The notes under the pieces are model-generated. The model saw nothing but the letters and a program-made list of their open reading frames with translations. It was not told the DNA's origin and did no database searches. Of a stretch of 64,000 nucleotides of DNA, positions 1 through 10,438 are shown one piece after another. Location: positions 9,133-73,132 of the forward strand of contig CAVVYL010000060.1 of NCBI GenBank assembly GCA_963752385.1. Direction: 5' to 3'. Source of the stretch: an uncultured Acidimicrobiia bacterium (lineage in GTDB: Bacteria > Acidobacteriota > Terriglobia > Versatilivoradales > Versatilivoraceae). The position numbers and the translations under genes were made by a program. Each line of letters starts with the position of its first letter. Within the stretch, counting starts at the first letter, position 1.

Positions 1-576
1 CTGTTGAGCCACAAGCTAGGTGGCCCGAGTGTGTTTCCTCCTCAACCTGCAGCCGTTTTTGCAGACCACTTCATCGAGGGAGGTTTCAATCAGTGGCCCA
101 CGAGCGTAGGCGAGGATCGTTACCGCCGCGGACTCTACACGTTTTACAAACGGACACTGGTGTATCCGACCTTTGCTACTTTTGACGGGCCAGATCGCAC
201 CGTGTGCACTGTGAAGCGGACACGTTCCAACACCCCGCTGCAAGCTCTCGACACGTTAAACGACCCGGTATTCTTTGAAGCGGCGGGCAGCTTGGCACAG
301 CGTCTTCTGACCGAGGCTCACGGCGACGTTAGCGACCGTCTCGCGTATGCGTTCCGGGTTGTCCTCGCTCGCAAGCCCACCACGGATGAGACACAGCGTC
401 TGCAGGATTTCTACCGGAAGATGCGCACGAAATACCAGACGGCGGCGGAGGCCGAAAAAGTCGTGGCAGCGGCGTTCCCGGGTCGAAAGCCGCGGGCAGA
501 CAAGATCGAGTTGCCCGCCTGGATCATGGTCGCCAATGCCTTGCTGAACCTTGACGAAGCCGTAACCCGGGAGTAA
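1..576 (+). CDS. DUF1553 (PSD1-family) protein, C-terminal part; 5' end lies outside the window
   Basis: ORF 4..576. The C-terminal region has the same motif pattern as the intact DUF1553 protein at 20610..23114 (…RRSLY.F..R....P..A.FD.PD...C..R..SNT..QAL..LND…). Confidence 0.65.
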   Translation: MLSHKLGGPSVFPPQPAAVFADHFIEGGFNQWPTSVGEDRYRRGLYTFYKRTLVYPTFATFDGPDRTVCTVKRTRSNTPLQALDTLNDPVFFEAAGSLAQRLLTEAHGDVSDRLAYAFRVVLARKPTTDETQRLQDFYRKMRTKYQTAAEAEKVVAAAFPGRKPRADKIELPAWIMVANALLNLDEAVTRE

Positions 577-870
577 TTCAGCCACTCCTTGACCGAATTG
601 TGAACTTCGTCGCCACCTGGTGGAACCAGGCTCGTGGGGCGCTACGCATGATTTGTCCCGCCTTGGCAAGGGGGACGCCGCGCTGTTTGCGGCAGGGGGT
701 CGAGCCACCGACGTGAAACTAGAACAACGTTTACTTTCGAGCCTCGGTTCACAACAGATTCCGATGAGAAACTTACCTCCGGTCGAGCCAAGGAGAAGTT
801 ATCCGATCCTCGATTGACGAGGGAACATGCTCCTTGGGCTCCTGCCAGAGGCCGGTTTTTGGGGAGAACG

Positions 871-2315
871 ATGATGAATAGTTACGAAGCAGCGCAGCAG
901 ATCACGAGACGGCACTTCTTCCGTTCCGCAGGAGTCAGCGTTGGCGCAATCGCGTTTGCCTCGCTGATGAATCGGGATCTTTTCGGAGCCGGGGTTGGTC
1001 CCAGGCGTGGAAAGAGTTCCCCTCAAGGGCTTGCACTTTCCAGCCAAAGCAAAGAGCATTATTTTCCTCTGTCAGGATGGCGCGCCGTCGCAGCTGGATC
1101 TCTTCGACTACAAACCCAAATTGCAGCAGTATCACGGAACACCCGTACCGGAAGAGCTGGTGAAGGGCGAGCGGTTCGCCTTCCTGTCAGGCCGGCCTCA
1201 GCTACTCGGGCCGCAATTCAAATTCGATCGCTACGGGCAGACGGGGACGTATGTTTCGGATTTGCTGCCTCAGATTGCGGGGATCGTCGATGAGACCGCT
1301 TTCGTGTACTCGCTGACGACTGACCAATTCAACCACACTCCGGCTCAGCTGAAGCTTTTCACCGGGCATGAGCGCTCGGGGCGTCCTTCGATGGGGTCCT
1401 GGCTCACCTATGGAATCGGCAGCGAGAACCAGGACCTTCCCGGTTTTGTGGTCTTGGCCTCTGGCCGCGGGACACGCTGCGGCTCCGCCTGCCACGGCTC
1501 AGGCTTCCTGCCAACGCGTTATCAGGGAGTTCCTTTTCGCTCGGGCGGTGACCCGGTGCTTTTTCTGTCGAATCCGGAAGGTGTCTCCAGCGAGGTTCGG
1601 CGCGATTCGTTAGACGTCATTCGCGACCTGAATCAGTTGAAACTGAAAAGCCAGGGTGATTCCGAGATTGAGACTCGCATTGCTTCCTATGAAATGGCCT
1701 ACCGAATGCAAACGAGTGTCCCAGACCTGATGGATATCTCCAAGGAGCCTCAGTCGATGCATGAGATGTATGGTACCGAGCCTGGGCAAGAGGAGCTTTG
1801 CGAATAACTGCCTTCTGGCGCGGCGGCTTGTTGAACGGGGCGTTCGCTTTGTTCAGCTGATGCATGGCGAGTGGGACCACCACGGTGGCACGCGCACCAG
1901 TCTAAGGCGGGACCTGCCGAAGCGCTGCCAGGAAGTCGATCGAGCCAGCGCTGCACTCATTAGAGATCTCAAGCAGCGAGGAATGCTCGACGAAACGCTT
2001 GTAATTTGGGGCGGCGAGTTTGGGCGCACACCGATGCTACAGGGCGAGCCCGACGATCCCAACGTCGGGCGCGACCACCACCGCACTTTCACCCTGTGGC
2101 TCTGCGGAGGCGGTGTCAAGGCTGGCGCTCGGTTGGGACAAACGGATGAGGTTGGCTATCGCGTCGCCAACGATCCAGTTACGGTGCATGACCTGCAGGC
2201 CACGATTCTCCACCTGATGGGCGTCGATCACACCAAGCTGACCTTCAAGTTCCAGGGTCGCGACTACCGGTTGACGGATGTACACGGTCAGATCCTAAAG
2301 CCAATTCTAAGCTGA
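871..2315 (+). pseudogene. DUF1501 domain protein (Tat signal, sulfatase-like fold) broken by two frameshifts
   Basis: Three ORF pieces in three frames (814..1293, 995..1807, 1761..2315) together are collinear with the intact DUF1501 paralog at 23104..24513: Tat motif RRHFFRSAG, then …[23 protein letters not shown]…, then …[17 protein letters not shown]…HTKLTF…. Frame switches fall near 960-1040 and 1785-1800. The ATG at 871 is preceded by a GGGGAGAA ribosome-binding site. Confidence 0.65.
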
Positions 2316-2323
2316 CTACCATC

Positions 2324-4438
2324 TCAACCTGCGTCTTCTGCCGGATCGATCCAGGCCAGAGCAAACGGCCGCAGGCTCAGATCCAAATTTTGATCGGACG
2401 TTTCCCGCAACAGGCCAGACTGTGCCGCGAATGATTCCGGTGAGGTCATGGCCGTTTCGGCGTTATTCTCGTCCATCTCTTTGACTCGGACACGGCGAGG
2501 CAAGCCTGGGTAAACCAGCCGCACCGGCTGGAAATCAGGGCCGAGGTTGGCTAACAGGATGCGTGTCCGGCCGGCCTTTTGCAGGGCCAGGCCTTCCACT
2601 TTCAGAGGGGCGCTCGAAGTCGAGGGAATCACCCGCCCGCCAGCGTACTGGCCGGCCGCAAAGAGCACGTGGTAGAGCGGGAAAACTGAAGAAGGAATGG
2701 AAAGAAACTTATCCGGCAGCGGCGAGCCGGCCTCACTTTCCATGACGCCGAGCCAGCCGGTGGGTTCATAGTAGGTCACGCTTGCCACACCGTGCTCAGC
2801 GAGATATTTCAAGCTGCCGAGTGTCCAGCCGGCGCCAAACAGCGACATCTGGCGGGGATCTACTTGAGAGGGCAGATCGCCGGGGCGAGCGGCTTCGGCT
2901 GAGGTCGCATTCGGGTTGAAACGCGGCTTGAAAGTGACGGGCGTCACAGCCAGCGGGGTCTTACCGGTGAACTGGCGAGCACTATCTGCTGTGTAGCCCT
3001 GGGCGACGAGGTTTTCGACAAGCGTCAGGTTATCAAACGCGTGGACCTGCGGATTGATTGAATAGCAGACGAGATCTAGCGCGCCGACCGAGGGCCGCTC
3101 CCGATTCAACTCGGTAAAGTATGCGTTGGTTCCTCCTCCGATTCTAACTTTTGGGTCATAGCGAGTCAGGTGACGGCGAGCCAGTTGCACCCATTTCCCG
3201 GAAGTGGACTTCTCTGCTGCATGGAAGATCAGCGCGCTGAAGAGACGTGGCTGAAAGCGCTTCAGATCTTCCAGTAACGCCTGCAACTCCGCTTCAGCGG
3301 AATCACTCAGATGCAGCGCCATTTCGAGCGGTAGCCCAACTGAGCCTGCCTCTGAAACCGCCAACTTGAGAACCTCTTTGTGTCGTGGAAGGGAGAGGTT
3401 CAGATCCACACGGAGGTGAGAGAGGTTCAGTCGCTTCAGCCGTTCTCGCTCTCGAGAACTCAGTTCGCGGCTGGCCAGCCCCAAGCCGATGAGGGGCAGG
3501 GGAGTCGAAGCGACTGCACCCACCTTGATTGTGACTTCCCCCGAACCGCTTGTGGTTACGGGGCTAGCTGACGACGGCCGGCCCTTCAGACTCAGCGTCA
3601 CGGACTGGGCTACGCGGGTGCCTTGCTTCACTTCGACCGGAAACGGCAGCGCCAGCGGCGTGCAGTAGGTCTTGTAAGAGGCATCGGTCCAGTTGCGATG
3701 ATCCTCCATCTCGAAGACGTCACCTTCGCAACGGACCTCGGCAGAGACGCCTGGCAGCACCTCGTGGGTAATGGCACGCAGGTTCATGAACGGTTGATGC
3801 GGAGAGATCTCTTTCGGAAAAACGCCCGGCTGCATACGACCATCGACGGTTTCCACGGTGCAGGGATTGCCGGCGCATTCCTCAACCGGATGGAGTACGC
3901 AGAAGCCGAGGCGGTTGCGGAGGAACGTCGAACGTGCCGTGCCTTCCATACTGAAGCGGACCACCCCAGTTGCTTCGCCGCGGATGGTCCCCTTCCAAAG
4001 GAAGTCGATCTCCCGTTCCTTGCACGTGACATCGAAAGTCAGCTGGAAGGTGTCGCCAGTGGTTTCGAGCCGCAGACCAGAAATCTGAGGAGCGACAGTG
4101 CCCCAGTTACGGTCTCGCACCGCCGAGTAGATGCCGCGAATCACCTCACGTTCACCCAGCCGGATGGAGCGGAGGATCGTCGTTTCGGGCTCGAAGATCA
4201 TTGTAAGGAATCCTGCGCGGAGAGCGAGCCGTTCCGGCAGTGGCTCGTTCTTTCCGTAATAGAGAACTGCTTTGGGAAGCGGGCTACCCCTCCTGCCCGC
4301 ACTGGTGGAAGCAACCTTCGCGGCCGACTGAAGCGACCGGCTGAAGTGAGGCAACGCCATCAGTCCAGCCGAACGGACACTGCCGGCGAGAGCGCCTCCG
4401 ACAACGACCTTCAGAGCATCACGGCGAGTTAGGTTCAT
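2324..4438 (-). CDS. hypothetical exported protein with twin-arginine signal (704 aa)
   Basis: Long ORF with an ATG start. The N-terminus MNLTRRDALKVVVGGALAGS looks like a Tat signal. No family recognised by eye. Confidence 0.5.
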   Translation of the reverse strand: MNLTRRDALKVVVGGALAGSVRSAGLMALPHFSRSLQSAAKVASTSAGRRGSPLPKAVLYYGKNEPLPERLALRAGFLTMIFEPETTILRSIRLGEREVIRGIYSAVRDRNWGTVAPQISGLRLETTGDTFQLTFDVTCKEREIDFLWKGTIRGEATGVVRFSMEGTARSTFLRNRLGFCVLHPVEECAGNPCTVETVDGRMQPGVFPKEISPHQPFMNLRAITHEVLPGVSAEVRCEGDVFEMEDHRNWTDASYKTYCTPLALPFPVEVKQGTRVAQSVTLSLKGRPSSASPVTTSGSGEVTIKVGAVASTPLPLIGLGLASRELSSRERERLKRLNLSHLRVDLNLSLPRHKEVLKLAVSEAGSVGLPLEMALHLSDSAEAELQALLEDLKRFQPRLFSALIFHAAEKSTSGKWVQLARRHLTRYDPKVRIGGGTNAYFTELNRERPSVGALDLVCYSINPQVHAFDNLTLVENLVAQGYTADSARQFTGKTPLAVTPVTFKPRFNPNATSAEAARPGDLPSQVDPRQMSLFGAGWTLGSLKYLAEHGVASVTYYEPTGWLGVMESEAGSPLPDKFLSIPSSVFPLYHVLFAAGQYAGGRVIPSTSSAPLKVEGLALQKAGRTRILLANLGPDFQPVRLVYPGLPRRVRVKEMDENNAETAMTSPESFAAQSGLLRETSDQNLDLSLRPFALAWIDPAEDAG

Positions 4439-4716
4439 ATCGGTTCTCCCTTAGCCTTGTCATCCGCAAAGTGAAACAAGGAACTACCCTGGACTTTCGA
4501 GATTGCTTCCCTGCGATTCCGCGCCCCAGGGAAGTTGCCCCAACTGGCAGATAAGAGTATCTGCGCACGCCGGCACGCTCGCCGACTTAGAAAGGTTCGG
4601 AGGCAAGTTCCTGGTGACGTACACATGGCCGGTTCGTCATGTGTACGAGACAGAACGCAGACATCGCCAGTACAACGCGATGTCTGCGCGACCAATGATC
4701 ACCTGACAGAGTAATA

Positions 4717-7700
4717 CTAGAAGAAGAATCGAAGGGCAAACTGGATGTAGCGCGGTGGACGGGCAGCCACCACCTGCCCGAAGCGCGCGTTGACCTGTGC
4801 GCCGGAAGGGTCGAACCGCGCATTGTTATCCACGGCCAGGTACTGCGTGTGATTGAAGGCATTGTAGAATTCGCTGCGGAATTCCAGATACCGCGCCTCG
4901 CTCCACAAGGGAAACTTCTTGGCGATGTTAATGTCCCAGTTGTTAAATCCGGGGCCGCGGAACAGATCGCGGGCTGCATTGCCAAACGAGCCTTGGGCCG
5001 GACGGCCGAAAGCGTCTGTGTTGAACCAGCGATCGAAACTCTTGCTATCAACGAGGGGGCTGGCCAGCAGATTCACTCGCGCAAAGCCGCTGTCTCCGCC
5101 GCCCGTGATGTCTGCGTTATCGGTCGTGCTGTAGTTGATTCCCGAGGGGCCACCGCTAGCGAAACGTAGTGATTCCAGAAAGTTGCCAGTTGTCCAGCAC
5201 TCCCTTGACAAATGCGTTGTTCCAGCGGCTGCTGGCTTTCGGCAGATCCCAGAGGTAGTTCAACGACAACATGTGGGTTTGGTCGAAGCCCAGCCGGCCG
5301 TACATCCAGGAACTGATGGGCAAGTACGCGGGCAACCCACCGCCATCGCCGTCGGTGAGTCCCATGGCCTTGGACCAAGTGTAGGACACTCCGATCTGGG
5401 GCCCACTGGTGAATCGCCGGTTCAGTGAGACCTGCAACGAGTTGTAGTTGGCGATCCCGGGATGATCAATGTACTTGATGCCGGCATAGCCGCTGTATGG
5501 GCGTAGAAAGTTCTCCGGCAATGCCAGCCCGGTCGTGGGATCGACATTCGCCGGATTGAAACGGGCACCCGGAGCGATCGTGTTGAGGTCGCGGTTCTGG
5601 AGCAGATGCCTGGAAGTATTGCCCACATAAGACACATCCATCACGCTATTACTCCCCAACTGATGCTGAATACCCAAGCTGTAGCTGTAAACCGTGGCGA
5701 CCGGCGGGTCCAGCTCCAGCGCGCTGACCAGCGTCGGGAAAAGCACTCCCTGAGATTGCAGCAACGTGTCCATCGTACCGTAGAAGATCTGCGGCTGGAA
5801 CGTCACCGGCACATTCTGCGTGATCTCCCAAAGGAAGTTTCCGGAAGTCAGCGCCGTTTGCTTGGTAGAGGCAAATCCACCACGAATGGCCGTCTTGCCG
5901 CTGCCGAACACGTCGTAGGCAAACCCAAAACGTGGCGCCACCTGAAGCGACGGTCGTTCACGGAACCCGTCTGGATAGCTGGTGTCACTCGACAGCACCA
6001 TCCCGTTGACCGGGTCGCCGCTATTGGGCACATAAGCGCCGATGTAGGGTGCCGGGAAGATTTGTCCTGAAATCGGGTCCCTGGCCACCCGGCTCCCACT
6101 CGCGTCCAAAGCGGGCCCGTAAAATGCGGGGGCCCTGGCTGGATCAAAACGCTCAAGCACCAGCGCAGCCCCCTCCGTGCGGCCGCGCAGCAGCCAAGGT
6201 GAGAAAGTGGAAAACCGCACGCCGTAACTCAGCGTCAGCTTGCGCGTGGCTTTCCACGTGTCCTGGGCGAAGAACTCGAAGACATTGTTCTTAGCCTTGT
6301 GCAGGTTGCGTTTGTTGGTCTCGGAGTATTGCCGGAACGTGCCCAGAGCCGCGTTGGCGTAGGCGTAGCCTGTGTCGCCGAGATTGTTGGGATCACGACC
6401 AAAATCGAAGCTTCCTGACTGGGGGGCGTTGGCTCGAGGCCCTTCGCTGGCCCAACCCCACTCGGCGTAGATGCCGAACTTCGGGTTGTGGCTGCCCTTG
6501 GCCCAGCTGATGTTATTCGATAGGTTCACCCGGTGATCTCCAGCATCAATGGGGAACCGCGTGTCGTAGTTGACGCTCGCCGCGCCGGGAACCCCGCCAA
6601 AACCCATCTGCGGAATCAGGCCCAGCGGATTGGCTGCTGGGAAGAGTTGTCCCAGGTTGTAACCTACCGTGGAACCCTGAACAGGACCATAGTCGCTGTC
6701 GGAATCCAGATGGCCGAATTCTCCCAGTCCACGGATGCCGATGTTGAACTCGTTCACAAGGCTGGGACTGAAGACCCGCGTGTATCCCACCTGTGCGCTG
6801 CTGTCGGTAAACAGATAACGGTGAATGAACAGAGGCGCGCCGCCGCCCCAACCTGCGCCTGGCTCAAAACCAAAGGTGTCGGTCCTCCAGCGCCGGCCGC
6901 GGATGAAAATGGAGTCCTTGGTGGTCAGATTGAAATCCAGGCGGAGTACCTGGGCCAACTTAGGAACGTCAAGGCTATCCTCCCATTCGAAGTTGTAATT
7001 GCCACCCGTGAGGTTACGATCCAGTCGGTTGGGCAGGGGAAAGACATTCAGCAACGCTTGGCCATTGCGGTTGATTCGATTGGCCGGGATGATATTGTTT
7101 GTGAATTGCTGTCCCGTCTCAGGATCGATGATCGGCACTAGTTGACCATTGAGATCGAGCGTCTGCGAAAAGTCGCCCGCTCGCTCGCGTTCGGTCGGCA
7201 AGGTCACCTGACGCAAACCAGTCGGCTGCTTAACACCCCAATCTTCATGCGCAAAAAAGAAGAAGATCTTGTCTTTGTTCTTGTTGAACTTGTTCGGAAT
7301 GTAGGCGGGCCCACCAACAGTAAATCCCCAGTTGCTGTGCCTGTAGATCGGCTTCGGCTGCCCCGAACGGTTGTTGAAGAAGTTATTAGCATTGAAATTC
7401 TCGTGCCGCTTAAACCAATAGGCATTGCCATGGAAATCCTTCGTGCCTGACTTGGTGACCAGGTTAACCACTGCTCCCGGGTTGCGCCCATACTCAGCCG
7501 CGTAATTGGTGAGCACCGCCTTCATTTCCGAAACGGAGTCAATCCCCGTGGTTTCATTAAACAAACCGACAATGTCTGCATCACCGCCCGGCTGCCCGTC
7601 CAGCGAAAAATTGTTGAAGTAGCTCCGCACGCCTTGAATATTCGGGGTGAAGGTTCCAAACTGGCCGCCCAGCGACTGGTTGCCAAACTGCAAGGCGCCG

Positions 7701-8266
7701 GCTCCTGAAGCCGAGTCTTCCTGCGCGCCCCAGGGAACAAACACTGACTGGCTAACCCCCGGCAAGGTTCGGAGCAAGCTCAACGGGTCGCGACCCTTGG
7801 CAATCATCAATTCGAGCTGGGTAGCGGTGAGCACGCCCGAGTGCTCGGCACTCTCCGTGCTAACCAATTCGCCAGTCGAGGTGACGGAGACGGTTTGAGT
7901 GACTTCCCCCAGCTCCATTGAAATCGAACCGAGGCCCAGGCGCTGGTTGGAGGTCAGACCCAACCCCTTTTGCTCATGTCGCTTGAAGCCGGCTTTCTCG
8001 ACAATCACGGTGTAGATCCCTGGCTGGACGGAATCAAAGACAAAGACTCCAGAGTCGTTGGTGACCCCCGAGCGGGCTACCTCGGTGGCTTCACTTTTTA
8101 GCGTCACGGTGGCGCCAGGAACAATGGCCCCGGAAGTATCGATCACAGTTCCAGTTACGGCACCAGTGATCGTCTGGGCCAAGGCACTTCCCGAGACCAG
8201 CGAAACAAGTAGTATCCCCAACAGCCCGAGGAAGACACCGATTTCTCTCTTTTTCCAGGCCTCCAT
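4717..8266 (-). pseudogene. TonB-dependent receptor with carboxypeptidase-regulatory-like N-terminal domain; frameshift near the 3' end
   Basis: ORF 5156..8266 (1036 aa) has a signal peptide, a CarbopepD_reg-like N-terminus (…TGAVTGTVIDTSGAIVPGATVTL…), plug and barrel. It stops at …WQLSGITTFR*. The barrel C-terminus, ending …RYIQFALRFFF, continues in another frame as ORF 4717..5211. The frame switch is at about 5155-5165. A strong AGGAGGG ribosome-binding site sits before the ATG at 8266. Confidence 0.7.
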
Positions 8267-8595
8267 CAGATCATCCCTCCTTAGAGTTTGCTAGCAGGCT
8301 ATCAGACAGCTTGGCAAGCGGTACGTCCGATTGGAATAATGTGAATACACACGACACAAACTACTGGTTTTCTTGATGTTGACCATGGTAGGACAGGGTC
8401 TTCTTGCATGTCAAGTAAATTTGGTTGAAATCTGTCTGACAACCAGATTAGAATAGGCCTCCGTCTCGCTGGATCGCCCGGAGGCTCCTTCAGAAAACAT
8501 CGTCCCAATGTGACTGTCTCGTGGCCGCTCTTCATTGAGCGGCAACTGACAAGCTGGCGGAGCGCTCCGCTTTGTCTCAATCGAATCCAAGGCCG

Positions 8596-9663
8596 ATGAA
8601 CCAGCTCTTGCGCAATCAAACTCATGGAGCCGTCGGCTGCATCGTGGCTACTGCTCCTGGAAAGGTGATCCTTTTCGGTGAACACGCCATCAATCGCGGA
8701 CAGCCGGCATTGGCGGCCAGTGTCGGATTATGGGCGCGCTGCCGTATCTGCCTTCGAAGCGAGCCAGGGAATGTGTTCCTCAGCGGAACTAACCAGCAGG
8801 CAGTCTCTCAGAAATCGATTCTCGACCTGACGCGCCAGGTTGACCTTGCGCGCAGCCAAGGCAACTATGAGTCCATTCGCCAACTGGCTGCTGAAGACTA
8901 TTTCGCCCCCGCCAAGTACATTCTGGGGTCAGCGCTGGGGGAGCAGTTGCCGGACGGATTCTCGGTGGAGTGGGAAAGCGAGATTCCCGCTTCCTCCGGG
9001 CTAGGGTCTGGCGGAGCAGCGTTTGCGGCCCTTGTCACGGCGCTGAACGGGCTCCTGGTGAAGCCTGCAAGCTTCGAAGAACTCGCCGCCTGGGCCTACC
9101 GCGGTGACGTGGTTGCCCATGGAGGCGTGGCATCGGCCCTCGATACGCAAACGTCGCTCGTGGGCGGTATCATTCGGTTCGCAGGCCAAGGACTAGCGCA
9201 GGCAGTCCCCTGCGCCGAGGGTTTCTCGCTGGTGATTGGGAATACTGGTGTGGCGGCGTCCACCCGTGAAATCAACACGCGGGTACGCCACTGGCTGGAA
9301 GAGAAGCCGGCCAGTCGCCTGGCTTTCTTCGAAGCAATGGGGGCTTTGTCACGAGCTGCCTTGCCGCTCCTGAAAGCAGGCGATTGGAACGAGCTGGGTA
9401 GGCTGTTCAATTTGAACCAACTGGCGCTTGAGAAGATCGGCGTTTCCAGCCCTGAGATTGACCAGCTGATCGAAGCTGCCCGGGAGGCAGGTGCCTTGGG
9501 GGCAAAACTCTCGGGCTCCGGCGGCGGGGGCATCGTCATTGCGTTGGTCACTTCGGAGACACAGCAGCGAGTTGCCCGCGCCATCGTGGAAGCAGGCGGG
9601 ACGGCGCTGCTTCCCGAGATCGGGGAGCGTGGTGCCAACGTAATCGATCGGAGACAAATCTAG
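8596..9663 (+). CDS. GHMP kinase, mevalonate-kinase-like
   Basis: N-terminal APGKVILFGEHA motif, GLGSGGAAFAA phosphate-binding motif and C-terminal KLSGSGGGG motif. The ORF track starts at TTG 8572; the first in-frame ATG was taken as 8596 by codon-offset arithmetic, not a direct base count. Confidence 0.55.
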   Translation: MNQLLRNQTHGAVGCIVATAPGKVILFGEHAINRGQPALAASVGLWARCRICLRSEPGNVFLSGTNQQAVSQKSILDLTRQVDLARSQGNYESIRQLAAEDYFAPAKYILGSALGEQLPDGFSVEWESEIPASSGLGSGGAAFAALVTALNGLLVKPASFEELAAWAYRGDVVAHGGVASALDTQTSLVGGIIRFAGQGLAQAVPCAEGFSLVIGNTGVAASTREINTRVRHWLEEKPASRLAFFEAMGALSRAALPLLKAGDWNELGRLFNLNQLALEKIGVSSPEIDQLIEAAREAGALGAKLSGSGGGGIVIALVTSETQQRVARAIVEAGGTALLPEIGERGANVIDRRQI

Positions 9664-9717
9664 GGCGTCTCCAAGACTCGCCACGTGGCAGACCGTCGCG
9701 AGTGGAAGGGATTCTTC

Positions 9718-10392
9718 ATGAACTTCAAAATCATCGACCTGACCCACAAGCTTCTGCCGGGTGAAGAACAATACCCTGTCGAGGTCAAGCAACGAGGCAA
9801 GCCGCGCGAGACGCCAACCGGCGACATCATGCATGACGTTTACATGTGGTCGCATTCCGGAACTCATGTCGAGGTATCGCTTCACTTCTATGCAGGAGGC
9901 AAAGACACGTCAGATTTTCCACCGGAGACCTTCGTAGGATCAGCCATTCGTCTAGACTTCCGGCACAAGCAGACGAACGAGCCGATCACGCTGGCGGAGA
10001 TTCAGGCCGCCGGCGACGTTCGGGAAGGAGACATCGTTGTCCTCTGGGAGGGGCGAGACCATCTCTATCGCACCAAGGAATCCCACTCCCGCCCCTATCT
10101 CACCGAAGAGGCGGCGCGCTGGCTGGCACTCGAGAAGAAGATCAAGTTGCTGGGAACGGACTCTTCTGGATTTGAGGTGCGTGGCGTCAGCACGCATCCC
10201 AACCACCACCTGTTTTTCAAGGCGGGTGTTGACATCCCAGTTGTGGAATGCCTCTGCCGCCTGGATAAGATTCCCAGCCAGCGATTTTTCTTCGTTGGGT
10301 TGCCTATTCCCGCGAAAGGGCTAGATGCATCGCCGATCCGGGCCATTGCGCTGGACATCGAAGGATGTTGGCCATCGTTGCGTTTCGAATAG
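9718..10392 (+). CDS. cyclase-family protein (kynurenine-formamidase-like metal hydrolase)
   Basis: HSGTHVE (HxGTHxD-like) motif, about 224 aa. The ATG at 9718 lies inside the GTG-started ORF 9685..10392. Confidence 0.55.
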   Translation: MNFKIIDLTHKLLPGEEQYPVEVKQRGKPRETPTGDIMHDVYMWSHSGTHVEVSLHFYAGGKDTSDFPPETFVGSAIRLDFRHKQTNEPITLAEIQAAGDVREGDIVVLWEGRDHLYRTKESHSRPYLTEEAARWLALEKKIKLLGTDSSGFEVRGVSTHPNHHLFFKAGVDIPVVECLCRLDKIPSQRFFFVGLPIPAKGLDASPIRAIALDIEGCWPSLRFE

Positions 10393-10438
10393 CCGTTCGC
10401 ATTGCGGTCGTCGCTTCAACTTGGATTTGCGGGGCTCT

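Noticed and set aside
6533-7141. 202-aa plus-strand ORF inside the TonB-dependent receptor gene
   Set aside because: Antisense to the receptor barrel region. No motifs.
8596-9663. Calling the GHMP kinase a canonical mevalonate kinase (mvk) and inferring an MVA pathway
   Set aside because: No other MVA-pathway gene is nearby and the gene is embedded in a sugar-acid-type catabolic cluster. The family assignment is kept, but the specific substrate is left open and no gene symbol is given.
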